64,000 nt of DNA. It comes from a virus (taxonomy: Duplodnaviria > Caudoviricetes). A program made the position numbers and the translations under genes. Under the pieces are notes generated by a model. That model was not told where the DNA came from. It saw only the letters and a program-made list of their open reading frames with translations, and did not search any database. Below are positions 9,998 to 21,600 of the stretch, piece after piece. Location of the stretch: IMG/VR virus record IMGVR_UViG_3300042868_009047; one strand, given 5' to 3'. The number at the start of each line of letters is the position of its first letter. The stretch's first letter is position 1.

Positions 9998-12751
9998 ATG
10001 AAAAAATTATTATACATCGCCCCACACCTTTCCACAGGCGGTTTACCACAGTACTTAACTAAAAAAATTGAATTACTTAGAGATTCGTTTGACATATATG
10101 TTGTTGAATGGTCTAACCACACTGGTGGCGTGTTGGTTGTACAAAGAGATAAAATAACTTCAATGGTTGCGCCAGATAAATTCTTTACTCTGGAAGAAAA
10201 TAAAATGCAACTGATTGATATTATTAACCAGGTGTCTCCAGACATTATACACTTGGAAGAAATCCCTGAATATTTCATGGATTTTGACGTTGCAAAAGAA
10301 ATTTACAAAAAAGATCGTAATTATGTTATCGTAGAAACTTCTCACGATTCATCATATGATGCGACACAAAAGAAATTTTACCCAGACAAATTTATGTTTG
10401 TATCTGATTGGCAAATTAAATTATTTGAATCAATTGATATCCCAAAAGTTTTGGTTGAATATCCTATTGAATATAAACAAAGACCAAATAGAGAAAATGC
10501 GTTAAGAGATCTTAATTTAGATCCTAATAAAAAACACGTATTACACGTTGGTTTGTTCACGCCAAGAAAAAATCAAAAAGAATTTTTTGAATATGCTAAG
10601 TCTTTACCTGATTATGTTTTTCACTCTGTCGGAAATCAAGCTGGTAACTTTGCTCATTACTGGGAACCTTTAATGGTTGATAAACCAAGTAATGTTGTTT
10701 GGCACGGTGAAAGAAAAGATGTTGATAGGTTCTATCAAGCAATGGATCTATTCTTATTCACGTCCAGAGGTACTGATAATGATAAAGAAACTATGCCATT
10801 GGTTATTCGTGAGGCAATTTCCTGGAACTTACCAATTTTAATTTACAACCTTGGTGTTTATTTGAATTACTTTGATAAATTTGATAACGTAAAGTATTTA
10901 GATTTCTCTGATTTTAATAAAAACTGTTCCTTAATTACCGAAGTTCTTGAAAACGGTATAGAGTTTCAACCAAAAACAAAAGAAATTAACAGGGAAAAAG
11001 AAGCTATTATAATTTCTACATACCCAACAACAAAAAGCGTATTTGATACAACAGTTGAATGTATTTTAGCTGCTAAAAAAACTGGTAGAAAAGTTATTTT
11101 AACCTCACATTTACCAATTTCCCCAGATTTACAGAGTTTAGTTGACTATTGTATATATGACAAAAATAATATTCTAACCAAACACACATTCTACTCACAG
11201 AGTAGATACAGCGAAGCTGATTTCTTTGCGTTTGTTAATCTAAGAGGTGAAGGTAATGATATTTATCATGGTCCAACTTGTTACACAAACTATTATAACG
11301 GTGCCGCATTAGCAAATGAGTTAGGTATGGAAAAAGTTTATTTCCTTAACTATGATTACGTGCTTAAAAATGATTCGTATTTAGATAACATTTCAAATGT
11401 ATTGGATACAAAATCTGCTTATTTTGGTGATATGCCAAATAATCCAGAAGGTCATTCTGTTACAACGTTTTTTATGGGTATTAAACCATCATTTTATTTA
11501 GATACCGTTGAACCAATTTTTGATGTCCATGGTTACGAGAATTTGAGAACCAAATGGGGTTCGTTCAGTAATGGGTATGAGAATATGATGTATTTTGCTT
11601 TTAAAGATAAAATGAATCAGATTGAATTAGTTGGTGAAGAGCAATTTAAAACTGAGGTAGCAACTAATTTCCACCATAGAGATTATTCTAGAGTGGAGTA
11701 CTTTACAGTATTACCGACAAATATACCAAATTCATTTGCTGTTTACTTCCAAGTATCAAATTCAGTTGATAGTAGAATTGTTAATATCACTATTAATAAA
11801 AATGGATCTTTACTTAAAGAAGAGCAAATTACGGTAACAGGTAGAGGTGCTTGGTATAATATGGTTGGTTATAATTTAGATGAAAATGCTGAATATACGG
11901 TTGACTATCAATCATTTGATAAAGATACACAGCAGTTTATTGAGAGTAAATTTATAAAGATTGATAATAATTATATCACAAATGTTTTACCGAATAACGG
12001 TAATTTTGATTATAAAGGTGATCACAATAGTGTTAATTTATTAACTAACAACGATAGTTCAAAACCTAAAATTAGAATTGTGCATTTAGTTACTGAACCA
12101 TCAAGTAACCCCAAAGAGTTACGATCAGCGTTTTCTTTAAAAGATTTTGCTAATACTTTTGATAACGTTGAGTACTATCAAAAAGTTAATTTAATCTATA
12201 AGGATTTACCACCAGCTGATAATTGCAATAGACCACAGGATGTCGCATCTGAACCAGGATACTTCAAGCTGTCCCCAGGGCACTATGGTTGTTTCTTAGC
12301 GCATAAAAATGGTATTACTTTACCAGACAACAACCAATATGATTTTATCTTAGTATTTGAGGGTGATGTTATCATTGACGCACCTTATCAAGAATTATAC
12401 GATAATCTAATCAGATGGTCACAATTGGCTAAAGAAGAAAACGTGGATATGGTTGGTTTTGGTAACTACTGTGCCGAAAGATATAGTGGTGAACGCGAAG
12501 ATTTAATGCTTAATTTAAGTATTTTTGCGCCAGCACAATCCTACTTGATTAATAGAGAAAAATTACCTACTTTTGTGGAAAGATTTGAAACTTGTAAATG
12601 GGATGCATTTGATTTGTGGATGACCAAGGTTGCTAAATTACATGGTGCTATGGCTAACAAGATCTATACTAAACATTTACCAGGTTATTCTATCGTAGAT
12701 AGAAAAGATAAAAATAAAGATAACGACTACGCAGCAATTTTTACTAATTAA
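9998..12751 (+). CDS. Multidomain glycosyltransferase (N-terminal GT-B/GT4-like, central GT-A-like, C-terminal GT25-like)
   Basis: PHLSTGGLPQY, VGLFTPRKNQ, ETMPLVIREAISW (GT4); central FLNYDY; GHYGCFLAH and LVFEGDV (GT25-like). Confidence 0.8.
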   Translation: MKKLLYIAPHLSTGGLPQYLTKKIELLRDSFDIYVVEWSNHTGGVLVVQRDKITSMVAPDKFFTLEENKMQLIDIINQVSPDIIHLEEIPEYFMDFDVAKEIYKKDRNYVIVETSHDSSYDATQKKFYPDKFMFVSDWQIKLFESIDIPKVLVEYPIEYKQRPNRENALRDLNLDPNKKHVLHVGLFTPRKNQKEFFEYAKSLPDYVFHSVGNQAGNFAHYWEPLMVDKPSNVVWHGERKDVDRFYQAMDLFLFTSRGTDNDKETMPLVIREAISWNLPILIYNLGVYLNYFDKFDNVKYLDFSDFNKNCSLITEVLENGIEFQPKTKEINREKEAIIISTYPTTKSVFDTTVECILAAKKTGRKVILTSHLPISPDLQSLVDYCIYDKNNILTKHTFYSQSRYSEADFFAFVNLRGEGNDIYHGPTCYTNYYNGAALANELGMEKVYFLNYDYVLKNDSYLDNISNVLDTKSAYFGDMPNNPEGHSVTTFFMGIKPSFYLDTVEPIFDVHGYENLRTKWGSFSNGYENMMYFAFKDKMNQIELVGEEQFKTEVATNFHHRDYSRVEYFTVLPTNIPNSFAVYFQVSNSVDSRIVNITINKNGSLLKEEQITVTGRGAWYNMVGYNLDENAEYTVDYQSFDKDTQQFIESKFIKIDNNYITNVLPNNGNFDYKGDHNSVNLLTNNDSSKPKIRIVHLVTEPSSNPKELRSAFSLKDFANTFDNVEYYQKVNLIYKDLPPADNCNRPQDVASEPGYFKLSPGHYGCFLAHKNGITLPDNNQYDFILVFEGDVIIDAPYQELYDNLIRWSQLAKEENVDMVGFGNYCAERYSGEREDLMLNLSIFAPAQSYLINREKLPTFVERFETCKWDAFDLWMTKVAKLHGAMANKIYTKHLPGYSIVDRKDKNKDNDYAAIFTN

Positions 12752-13344
12752 TGTATTTACACGGCCACAAATTAAACACAAAACACCCAGATTTCGATAT
12801 CGAATGGTATAAATGTGTTTTCAAAGAGATTTGGTTAGATCACGAATACTCAAGATATGGTGTTGAAATTGAAAAAGGTGATGTGGTTGTCGATTGCGGG
12901 GCGAATGTTGGTTTTTTTACCAATTACGCCTTAAACCACAGAAAAGCAAAACACGTTTATTCATTTGAATGTGAGGAAACATTTGTTGAGTGTTTAAAAG
13001 AAAACACAAATGAAAATGTTACCATAACACAAGCGTTTGTTTCAGATAGGGATGAAGTTGGTCATTATAACATAGAAAAAATGTTACATGATTTTGGTTT
13101 AACACACATTGATTTTATTAAAGTGGATATTGAATGGTGGGAATACCCATTATTAATTAACATGTCTAATGAGACGATGAAGAGAGCAAACAAATGGGTA
13201 ATAGAATTACACAGCATTTACGAAAATTATGATAAAATAATGGACATAATTGAAAAATTCACATTAAATGGGTTTGATATCAATTATGAGCAAGTGCATA
13301 AAGAAACAAACCTAGCATTATTATACGTAAAAAAAAGAATATGA
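12751..13344 (+). CDS. FkbM-family SAM methyltransferase
   Basis: VVDCGANVGFF, VYSFE, IDFIKVDIE motifs. Confidence 0.85.
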   Translation: MYLHGHKLNTKHPDFDIEWYKCVFKEIWLDHEYSRYGVEIEKGDVVVDCGANVGFFTNYALNHRKAKHVYSFECEETFVECLKENTNENVTITQAFVSDRDEVGHYNIEKMLHDFGLTHIDFIKVDIEWWEYPLLINMSNETMKRANKWVIELHSIYENYDKIMDIIEKFTLNGFDINYEQVHKETNLALLYVKKRI

Positions 13345-14291
13345 AAATTTGCCAAGTACATCCAGGATGCGGAATCCCAGTTCCACCACCTAATTGGGGC
13401 GCTGTAGAAAAAATAGTATGGGAGTTTACCCAGAATTTAAGATTATTAGGACATGAGGTTGATATTAAATACGCCAATGAGATTAAACCAGGTGAATATG
13501 ATGTTGTTCACGTACACATGGCCAATTTATGTCATTTTTTACACGATAGGGGTATACCATACATTTATCAATTACATGATCACCATGCGTACTACTACGG
13601 TAAAGGTTCTTACGTGTTTAACCAAAATAACAGAGCTATTCTCGAATCACAGGTTTCTTTGATGCCTGGTAAATTCTTGGTACCTTATTTTGAAACAGAA
13701 AAAGCTGTTTATTTTTCACATGGTGTTAATACAGATTTTTATCACCCATCAGATGTTAGGCCAAAAGAACATAAATTATTATGTTTAGCAAATAATGGTT
13801 TAGCTGGTATGGATGGTTATGATAGAAAAGGTTTTGGTTTTGCAATCCAAGCCGCAATGTCGAGAAATCTACCAATCACAATTGCTGGACCAAGAAATAA
13901 CCAGAATTTCTTTAATGAAAACCCATGGGTTAATGGTTACACAAAATTATCAATCGAATGGGAGCCAAATCAAGATGAATTAGTTGATTTGTATCATAGA
14001 CACACAATCTTCATGCATCCTTCTGAATTAGAAGCTGGGCACCCTAATTTAACGATATTAGAGGCCGCTGCATGTGGTTTACCCATTAACGGGGCCATTG
14101 AGATTGAAACTGATTTTAACGGTATGTGGAGAGCACCTAGAAAGGTTACAGACATTGTACGTGGTTTGGACGACATCATCACCAACTACGATACATATCG
14201 TGAAAGAGCTATTCAACATGCCGAGTCCTTATCATGGTATAACAGATCAAAAGAATTATTAGAGGTTTACAAACAATACACACAGCGATGA
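13341..14291 (+). CDS. Glycosyltransferase, GT4-like
   Basis: PPPNWGAVEKIVW and EAGHPNLTILEAAACGLP (EX7E). Confidence 0.85.
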   Translation: MKICQVHPGCGIPVPPPNWGAVEKIVWEFTQNLRLLGHEVDIKYANEIKPGEYDVVHVHMANLCHFLHDRGIPYIYQLHDHHAYYYGKGSYVFNQNNRAILESQVSLMPGKFLVPYFETEKAVYFSHGVNTDFYHPSDVRPKEHKLLCLANNGLAGMDGYDRKGFGFAIQAAMSRNLPITIAGPRNNQNFFNENPWVNGYTKLSIEWEPNQDELVDLYHRHTIFMHPSELEAGHPNLTILEAAACGLPINGAIEIETDFNGMWRAPRKVTDIVRGLDDIITNYDTYRERAIQHAESLSWYNRSKELLEVYKQYTQR

Positions 14292-15913
14292 GAATATTAG
14301 GGCTTTCAGCTGGATCACATTCTTGTGGTATAAGTTTAATAGAAGATGGTAAAATAATTTTTTCTTTAGAAGAAGAAAGGTGTACAAGGGTAAAAGTTTA
14401 CAAAGATTTTTACGGTAATTATTTTAGGTACCCAAAACAATCAATTATTGAGGCTATTAATAAATTTAATTTAGACCTAAATTCAGTTGATTACATAACA
14501 AGTTACTATCCTAAACATGAGGTTAAAATATTTTGGAAAAGTATGAATCTAGGTGTATTCCCAGAACAAAAATTTATATTTATTGACCACCATGATTCAC
14601 ATGCAGCCACTGCTTATTATATGAGCGGTTTTGATGAGGACACACTTGTTGTTACTATGGATGCTAGCGGTGGACAATATAGCGCAAAATATTTTATTGG
14701 TACCAATGGTAGTTTAGATTATATTGACGGTTTAGATTTAACAAAAAAATCTTTTGGCCATTATTACGCAATGTTAACAGAATTTTTAGGTTTTAGACGA
14801 CTTAAAGATGAAGGTAAAGTTGTTGGTATGGCAGCTCATGGTAGACATGACACTGTTTCATACCAAGCTTTTAATGAATGTATTAAAATTGAGGGTATAC
14901 ACACAGACAAGGATCAATCAGATGTATTATTTGGTCAACTGTACCTTGATTTTTATACCAAGTACTATAAAACATTAGGTTCTAGGGTATTTTTTGGTAC
15001 AAAAGCTGACTTAGCTTACACAGGACAACTTGTCTTTGAAGAAAAAATATTACAGGTGTTTAACAACTTACATAACATGTATCCTAATGTTAAAAAAGTT
15101 GCTGTAGCTGGTGGTGTTTTTGCTAATGTAAAATTAAATAAACGTATTAATGAACTATACTGGGTTGATGAAATGTTTGTGGCACCCCCAATGGGTGACG
15201 AAGGTTGTCCACTTGGTTGTGTTTTATTAGTGCATAAAATGTTTACACCAGACTTTAAACCATTTAGATTGGACAACATGTTTATGGGTACCTCATATAC
15301 AGATGTTGAGGTTGGTGAACATTATTGGGACCAAAATAAATTCTCAAGAGAAATATTTACACCAGAATTAACCGCAAAATATTTAGCAGAAGGTAAAATT
15401 ATGGGTGTTTTTAACGGTAGATATGAACACGGTCCAAGAGCTTTGGGTAATCGTAGTATCATTGGTGAGGTAACTAATCCAGATACTTACGATAAGCTCA
15501 ATAATAAACTCCAAAGAAACGATTTCATGCCATTTGCACCAGCTGTTATGGAAGAACATGCTGATACGATCTTTAATGTCACTAAATCAAGATATACAGC
15601 TGAATTTATGACCATGTTGTATGATACAAGACCTGAATGGGCTGACAGAATACCAACAGTTGTTCACCCCAAGGATAAAACAGCTAGAATACAAATAGTA
15701 ACTAAAACAAGCAACCCAACATTTTATAAAATATTGGATGAATACAATAAAATAACTGGCGTACCCGTTCTTTTAAATACATCATTTAATGTGCATGAAG
15801 AACCGATTGTATGTCACCCGAACGAAGCGTTTAACCATTTAGAAAACGATGTCGTTGACTTAATAATAATAAACAATTTTATCTATAAAAAATATGAAGG
15901 AAATATTAACTAA
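14288..15913 (+). CDS. Carbamoyltransferase, NodU/CmcH/TobZ family
   Basis: HHDSHAA, AGGVFANVKLN, EHGPRALGNRSI, FMPFAPAV, PVLLNTSFNVHEEPIV. Confidence 0.9.
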   Translation: MRILGLSAGSHSCGISLIEDGKIIFSLEEERCTRVKVYKDFYGNYFRYPKQSIIEAINKFNLDLNSVDYITSYYPKHEVKIFWKSMNLGVFPEQKFIFIDHHDSHAATAYYMSGFDEDTLVVTMDASGGQYSAKYFIGTNGSLDYIDGLDLTKKSFGHYYAMLTEFLGFRRLKDEGKVVGMAAHGRHDTVSYQAFNECIKIEGIHTDKDQSDVLFGQLYLDFYTKYYKTLGSRVFFGTKADLAYTGQLVFEEKILQVFNNLHNMYPNVKKVAVAGGVFANVKLNKRINELYWVDEMFVAPPMGDEGCPLGCVLLVHKMFTPDFKPFRLDNMFMGTSYTDVEVGEHYWDQNKFSREIFTPELTAKYLAEGKIMGVFNGRYEHGPRALGNRSIIGEVTNPDTYDKLNNKLQRNDFMPFAPAVMEEHADTIFNVTKSRYTAEFMTMLYDTRPEWADRIPTVVHPKDKTARIQIVTKTSNPTFYKILDEYNKITGVPVLLNTSFNVHEEPIVCHPNEAFNHLENDVVDLIIINNFIYKKYEGNIN

Positions 15914-17165
15914 CGAATACAATAATACGGAAATCTTAAGAAAAGATTTTAAAGAACCATCTAACTCATTTATCATACATTTTGTGAATGGTGCTTTGTG
16001 TGAGATTAAAGGACCAATATCTAAAAAATACAAGGTTGTTTTTTCTGATAATAAAACTGGACACGTACATCACGTATCTGAGATTACAAATAACATGTGG
16101 ACTAAAAGTGCTATCGAATATTTCATCGAATGGAATATTAAGGTGTATGAATTAGAAACTGATGAGTTGGTTTTTGAACACACATACGACTGTAAGGACA
16201 AAAGAGTTTATATCCACTTAGATAGCTCCGCTGTTGGTGATACAATGGCTTGGTTCCCTTATGTGGATGAGTTTAGAAAGAAACACGGTTGTAAAGTATT
16301 GTGTTCAACATTCCATAATGAATGGTTTGAAAAGATGTACTCAGAAATTGAATTTGTTAAACCTGGTACGCCTGTGATTGATTTGTACGCTATGTATAAA
16401 ATCGGTTGGTTCTATGATGACAAAGAAGTTGTTAAATCTAAAATCCCAATCGACTTTAAACAACACCCGTTACAAGAAAGTAGTTCATGTATTTTGGGTC
16501 TTGATTACGAAGAAGTTAAACCAAAGGTATTTGTACCTGATGAACCTAGTAGGATTGACGGTAAATACGTAATTATTGCACCTCACGCATCTGCGCACGC
16601 TAAGTATTGGAATCATCCAGGTGGGTGGCAAGGTGTTATCGATCATTTAAATGATAATGGTTATAAGGTTGTTATGATTACATCAGAAAAATTAGGTGAT
16701 GCTTGGCATGACTCCAAACTTGGTGGTACATTAAAGAACGTTATCGATAAAACTGGTGGTCACATTGATCTTGTTGACCGAATGATTGATATTAAACATG
16801 CGTCAGCTTTTATTGGCCTTGGTAGTGGGTTAAGTTGGTTATCTTGGGCTATTGGAACACCTACGGTTCTTATTTCAGGGTTTAGTTATCCTTTATCAGA
16901 GTTTGCTGATTGCGAAAGAATTTTTAATCCAGATGTTTGTAACGGATGTTTTAACAGACATTGGTTAAATCCAGGGGATTGGGAATGGTGCCCAGATCAT
17001 AAAGACACACCAAGACATTTTGAATGTTCTAAAACTATTAAAACTCAAACAGTTATAGACGCTGTTGATAGACTTTTAAGTAAAAAAGAAGAGATTATTC
17101 AAGAAGTTACTGAAGAGGTCTTAGAAAAAAAAGAGAAAAAAAGTTTTTTTGGTAAGTTTTTTTAG
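15894..17165 (+). CDS. Autotransporter O-heptosyltransferase-like protein (Aah/TibC, BAHT family)
   Basis: GDTMAWFPYVDEF, FIGLGSGLSWL, and Fe-binding Cys pattern CNGCFN..WEWCP..RHFECSK as in TibC. Confidence 0.8.
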   Translation: MKEILTNEYNNTEILRKDFKEPSNSFIIHFVNGALCEIKGPISKKYKVVFSDNKTGHVHHVSEITNNMWTKSAIEYFIEWNIKVYELETDELVFEHTYDCKDKRVYIHLDSSAVGDTMAWFPYVDEFRKKHGCKVLCSTFHNEWFEKMYSEIEFVKPGTPVIDLYAMYKIGWFYDDKEVVKSKIPIDFKQHPLQESSSCILGLDYEEVKPKVFVPDEPSRIDGKYVIIAPHASAHAKYWNHPGGWQGVIDHLNDNGYKVVMITSEKLGDAWHDSKLGGTLKNVIDKTGGHIDLVDRMIDIKHASAFIGLGSGLSWLSWAIGTPTVLISGFSYPLSEFADCERIFNPDVCNGCFNRHWLNPGDWEWCPDHKDTPRHFECSKTIKTQTVIDAVDRLLSKKEEIIQEVTEEVLEKKEKKSFFGKFF

Positions 17166-17201
17166 GTATATTTGTTGCTATAATGTAAGATAGCAACAAC
17201 T

Positions 17202-17771
17202 ATGTTTTATAAATATGATGAAAAACAACTCAGATTTGTTAAGAACAAACTGGGTATAAGAATAGCATTGGGAACCACCATTTTATTGATGGTTGGTTCC
17301 TTTTTTCTTGGCAGGTATTTCCAATCAGATGCGTTGGATAATATTGAAAATGAGGTTAAAATAGTTAACCTTCAAAAAGAAAAAGATAAATTTTCAAAAG
17401 AAAGATTTATTAGTGAATTAAAAAACAAAAAGGTTAAATTCCCTTACATCGTAATGGCCCAGGCTATTATGGAAAGTGGTTTGGGTAAAAGCAATTTATT
17501 TAAAGAAAACCATAATTTGTTTGGGATGCGTTTGGCTAGAAGTAGGATGACAACTGCCGCAGAATCAAAAAATAATTTTGCTTATTATAATAAGTGGCAA
17601 GATTGTGTGTTGGATATGGCTTATTTCCAAGCTTCTTATTTAAACGGAATTAACACCGAAGAAAAATACCTACTATATTTAGGTGCTAATTATGCAGAAT
17701 CACCAACTTACATAACAAAATTAAAAAGTGTTATAAACAATCAAAATCTAAAATCGTATTTTAATGAGTAA
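17202..17771 (+). CDS. Glucosaminidase (GH73-like peptidoglycan hydrolase) with N-terminal TM segment
   Basis: IVMAQAIMESGLGKS, HNLFGM, NYAESPTY; hydrophobic IALGTTILLMVGSFFLG. Confidence 0.8.
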   Translation: MFYKYDEKQLRFVKNKLGIRIALGTTILLMVGSFFLGRYFQSDALDNIENEVKIVNLQKEKDKFSKERFISELKNKKVKFPYIVMAQAIMESGLGKSNLFKENHNLFGMRLARSRMTTAAESKNNFAYYNKWQDCVLDMAYFQASYLNGINTEEKYLLYLGANYAESPTYITKLKSVINNQNLKSYFNE

Positions 17772-18597
17772 AGAAAAATTAAAAGATATACTCTCCACCC
17801 CAACTTATTGTGGGCAAGAACAATATCTTATAGCGAAAATAACAAGATATCTTAGTGAAAGTAATTTAGATTATGTTGTTGATGAACATGGCAATATCTA
17901 TGTAACAAAGGGTGTTGCTGATCACTACCCTTGTATTGTTGCCCATACAGATTCAGTCCATAGGATTGTTGAAATGGATATTCTTGAACGTGAGGATGAT
18001 GAGGATATTTTATACGCTGTTGAAAAGGGTACAAATAAAAGAACTGGGTGTGGCGGGGATAATAAGGCTGGTGTATACGTTTGCTTGGAATTACTTGAAC
18101 GTGTTGAGATTCTTAAAGCCGCTTTTTTTGTTTCAGAAGAATATGGTTGCTTTGGTTCAATACTTTCAGATGAGACATTCTTTGAAAACGTTGGATACAC
18201 ACTTCAATTTGATGCACCAGAAAATGATTGGGTAACCCATTATTGTAATGGTGTTAAACTATTTGATGAGGAAGGTGATTTTTATAAAACAATCCAACCA
18301 ATACTAGAAGATTACATGGGTGATTATTCTTTGGGTAGACACCCGTACACAGACGTAAGCGTTTTAGGAGCTTTTCATGACTTTTCTTGTATCAACTATT
18401 CAGTTGGTTATTACAACATGCATTCAAACATGGAGTATGTCAGCGTTGGTTTTACACAACAAGCCAAAAATATCGCTTTAGAGATCATTTCATCCCTGGG
18501 TAATATAAAGTATCCGTTTATAGATGAAACCGTCAGAATCGACAAAGAAAAGGCCAGAGAGAGGGCTTTAAAATCACTTAATGGTTTAAGAAAATAA
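17764..18597 (+). CDS. M20/M28-clan metallopeptidase
   Basis: VAHTDSVH, GGDNKAG, FFVSEEYGCFGS, GYYNMH. Confidence 0.8.
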   Translation: MSKEKLKDILSTPTYCGQEQYLIAKITRYLSESNLDYVVDEHGNIYVTKGVADHYPCIVAHTDSVHRIVEMDILEREDDEDILYAVEKGTNKRTGCGGDNKAGVYVCLELLERVEILKAAFFVSEEYGCFGSILSDETFFENVGYTLQFDAPENDWVTHYCNGVKLFDEEGDFYKTIQPILEDYMGDYSLGRHPYTDVSVLGAFHDFSCINYSVGYYNMHSNMEYVSVGFTQQAKNIALEIISSLGNIKYPFIDETVRIDKEKARERALKSLNGLRK

Positions 18598-18628
18598 AAA
18601 AAGGGGTTTTAAACCCCTTTCTTATTTA
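18597..18628. terminator. Bidirectional terminator between convergent units
   Basis: AAAGGGGTTT-T-AAACCCCTTT flanked by A/T tracts. Confidence 0.75.
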
Positions 18629-21600
18629 TTATTTTTTTAAATCTTGGATTTCTTTGTCAAGATCTTTTATTGCTTCAATAAGTAGACCAACCAAGTTTGA
18701 GTAAGCTACCCCTAAGTATCCGTCAGATTCTCTTGTTGATATAACCTCTGGGATAACTTTTTGAACTTCTTGTGCAATAACACCCATTTTCAATGATTTG
18801 TCCTCAACGTCATTTCTCGTATAGTTAACACCTCTCATACTTCTAACTTTATTCAAAGCATCGCTAATTGTAACAACATTATCCTTAACTCTTTCATCTG
18901 AGAATGCAATAACATCAGCAGAAGCGTAGATAGTACCACTAACATCCAATGTATATGATGGTGAGGCATTGTTAATACCAAGTCTGTTACTAGTTGTATC
19001 AACTTTCAAGAAGCTTACACTTTGTACTTGTGTTGCACTTGTTGTTCTAACCAAGTAGTCAGGTTGGTTTGTGAATGAACCACCACTGATACCAGATGTA
19101 CCATTAATAGATTGACCACTTGTTCCAGCAACACCTGTAGTACCATTTGTACCGTTAGCGCCTGATAAACCACCTGCACCGTTGTTACCATTGTTACCAG
19201 CTGCACCATTTGTACCGTTAGAACCATTTACACCTGATAAACCACCTGCACCGTTGTTACCGTTGTTACCAGCTGCACCATTTGTACCGTTAGAACCATT
19301 TACACCTGATAAACCACCTGCACCGTTGTTACCATTGTTACCAGCAACACCTGAAGTACCGTTTGCACCGTTGTTACCGTTGTTACCAGCTGCACCATTT
19401 GTACCATTTGAGCCGTTAACACCCGAAACACCACTATTACCATTACCACCGTTAAGACCATTAGCACCACCAGTACCTGTAGAACCATTAGTTCCACTTA
19501 CACCTGAGACACCACCAAGACCAACACCACCATTGTTACCGTTAGTACCGTTTGAACCATTTGAACCTGATAGACCTGATAAACCAGAGTTACCATTGTT
19601 ACCGTTGTTACCTGAAGTTCCGTTAGTACCAGTTGAACCTGAAGAACCAGAAAGTTGACTTATACCTGAAGGAACAGGTAAACCGTTTGTACCACCAGTG
19701 CCCGATGAACCTGAAGAACCACTCACCGCTGAATTACCATTACCACCAGCATTACCATTATTACCAGTTGTACCATTTGTACCTGTTGATCCTGATAGGC
19801 CTGAATTACCACTGTTACCATTAGCACCGTTGTTACCATTTGTACCAGCAGTTCCGTTAGAACCTGAAATACCACTTAAACCACTTACACCATTTCCACC
19901 ACTAGCACCTGATGTACCAGCTGTTCCGTTAGAACCTGATAGACCAGAATTACCTGAGTTACCGTTAGCACCATTATTACCGTTTGTACCATTTGTACCA
20001 GTCGATCCTGAAGAACCGCTCAATCTTGATAAACCAATAGCACCAGCATTACCTGTAGTACCGCTTGTACCTGTAGATCCAGAAGAACCAGATAAACCAC
20101 TTACACCATTTCCAGCACTAGCACCTGATGTACCAGCTGTTCCGTTAGAACCTGAAATACCACTTAAACCACTTACACCATTAGCACCATTGTTACCGTT
20201 AGTACCGTTTGATCCATTGGTCCCACTTAATCCAGAGTTACCTGAGTTACCGCTGTTACCATTGTTACCTGAAGTTCCGTTAGTACCAGTTGAACCTGAA
20301 GAACCACTCAATCTTGATAAACCAATAGTACCAGCATTACCTGAAGTACCATTTGTACCTGAAGATCCTGAAGAACCAGAAAGTTGACTTATACCTGAAG
20401 GAACAGGTAAACCGTTTGTACCACCAGTGCCCGATGAACCTGAAGAACCACTCACCGCTGAATTACCATTACCACCAGCATTACCTGTAGTACCTGTAGA
20501 ACCTGTTGACCCTGAAGTACCTGATAGGCCTGAATTACCGTTTCCACCAGCATTACCATTTGTACCATTTGAACCATTTGAACCTGATAAACCTGATAAA
20601 CCACTAACACCATTTCCACCACTAGCACCTGATGTACCAGCTGTTCCGTTAGAACCCGATAAACCAGATAAACCACTTACACCATTAGCACCATTGTTAC
20701 CATTTGTACCTGTAGATCCATTTGTTCCACTTAATCCAGAGTTACCGCTGTTACCGTTGTTACCTGTAGTTCCGTTAGTACCAGTTGATCCTGAAGATCC
20801 ACTATTAGCTGAAGCACCGATGTTACCAGCATTACCATTTGTACCGTTTGTACCTGTTGATCCTGAAGAACCAGAAAGTTGACTTATACCTGAAGGAACA
20901 GGTAAACCGTTTGTACCAGCAGTACCAGTCGAACCAGAGGTACCACTCACCGCTGAGTTACCATTAGCACCAGCATTACCTGTAGTACCATTTGTACCTG
21001 TTGATCCTGAAGAACCACTATTAGCACTTGCACCAATGTTACCAGCATTACCTGAAGTACCATTAGAACCTGAAGTTGCTGAAGAACCACTTAATCGTGA
21101 TGAACCTGAAGCACCCGCAGTACCTGAAGAACCAGAAGAACCAGAAGTTCCTGAAGAACCACCCAAACCACTATTACCAGCAGTTCCTGAAGAACCACTT
21201 GTTCCTGAAAGAGCGCTAATACCATTTAATCCAGCCACACCACCTGTACCGTTAGAACCAGTAGAACCAGATGAACCACTTAAAGCCGAAGCTCCGATGT
21301 TACCCGCATTACCCGATGTACCGTTAGAACCTGTTGAACCAGCAGAACCGCTTAAACCAGATGTTCCGCTAAATCCTGATTGACCTCTAAACCCTGTTGT
21401 TCCTGTTGTTCCTTCCGTACCTGAAGAACCTGAAGAACCAGCTAATCCTGAAGTCGCTGAAGAACCAGAAGTTCCAGAAGAACCTGACAATCCACTTAAA
21501 CCACTCGTACCATTTGTACCAGTTGATCCTGAAGACGCTGAACTACCAGAGTTAGCTGATAAACCATTACCACCGATTATACCTGTAGTACCATTTGTAC

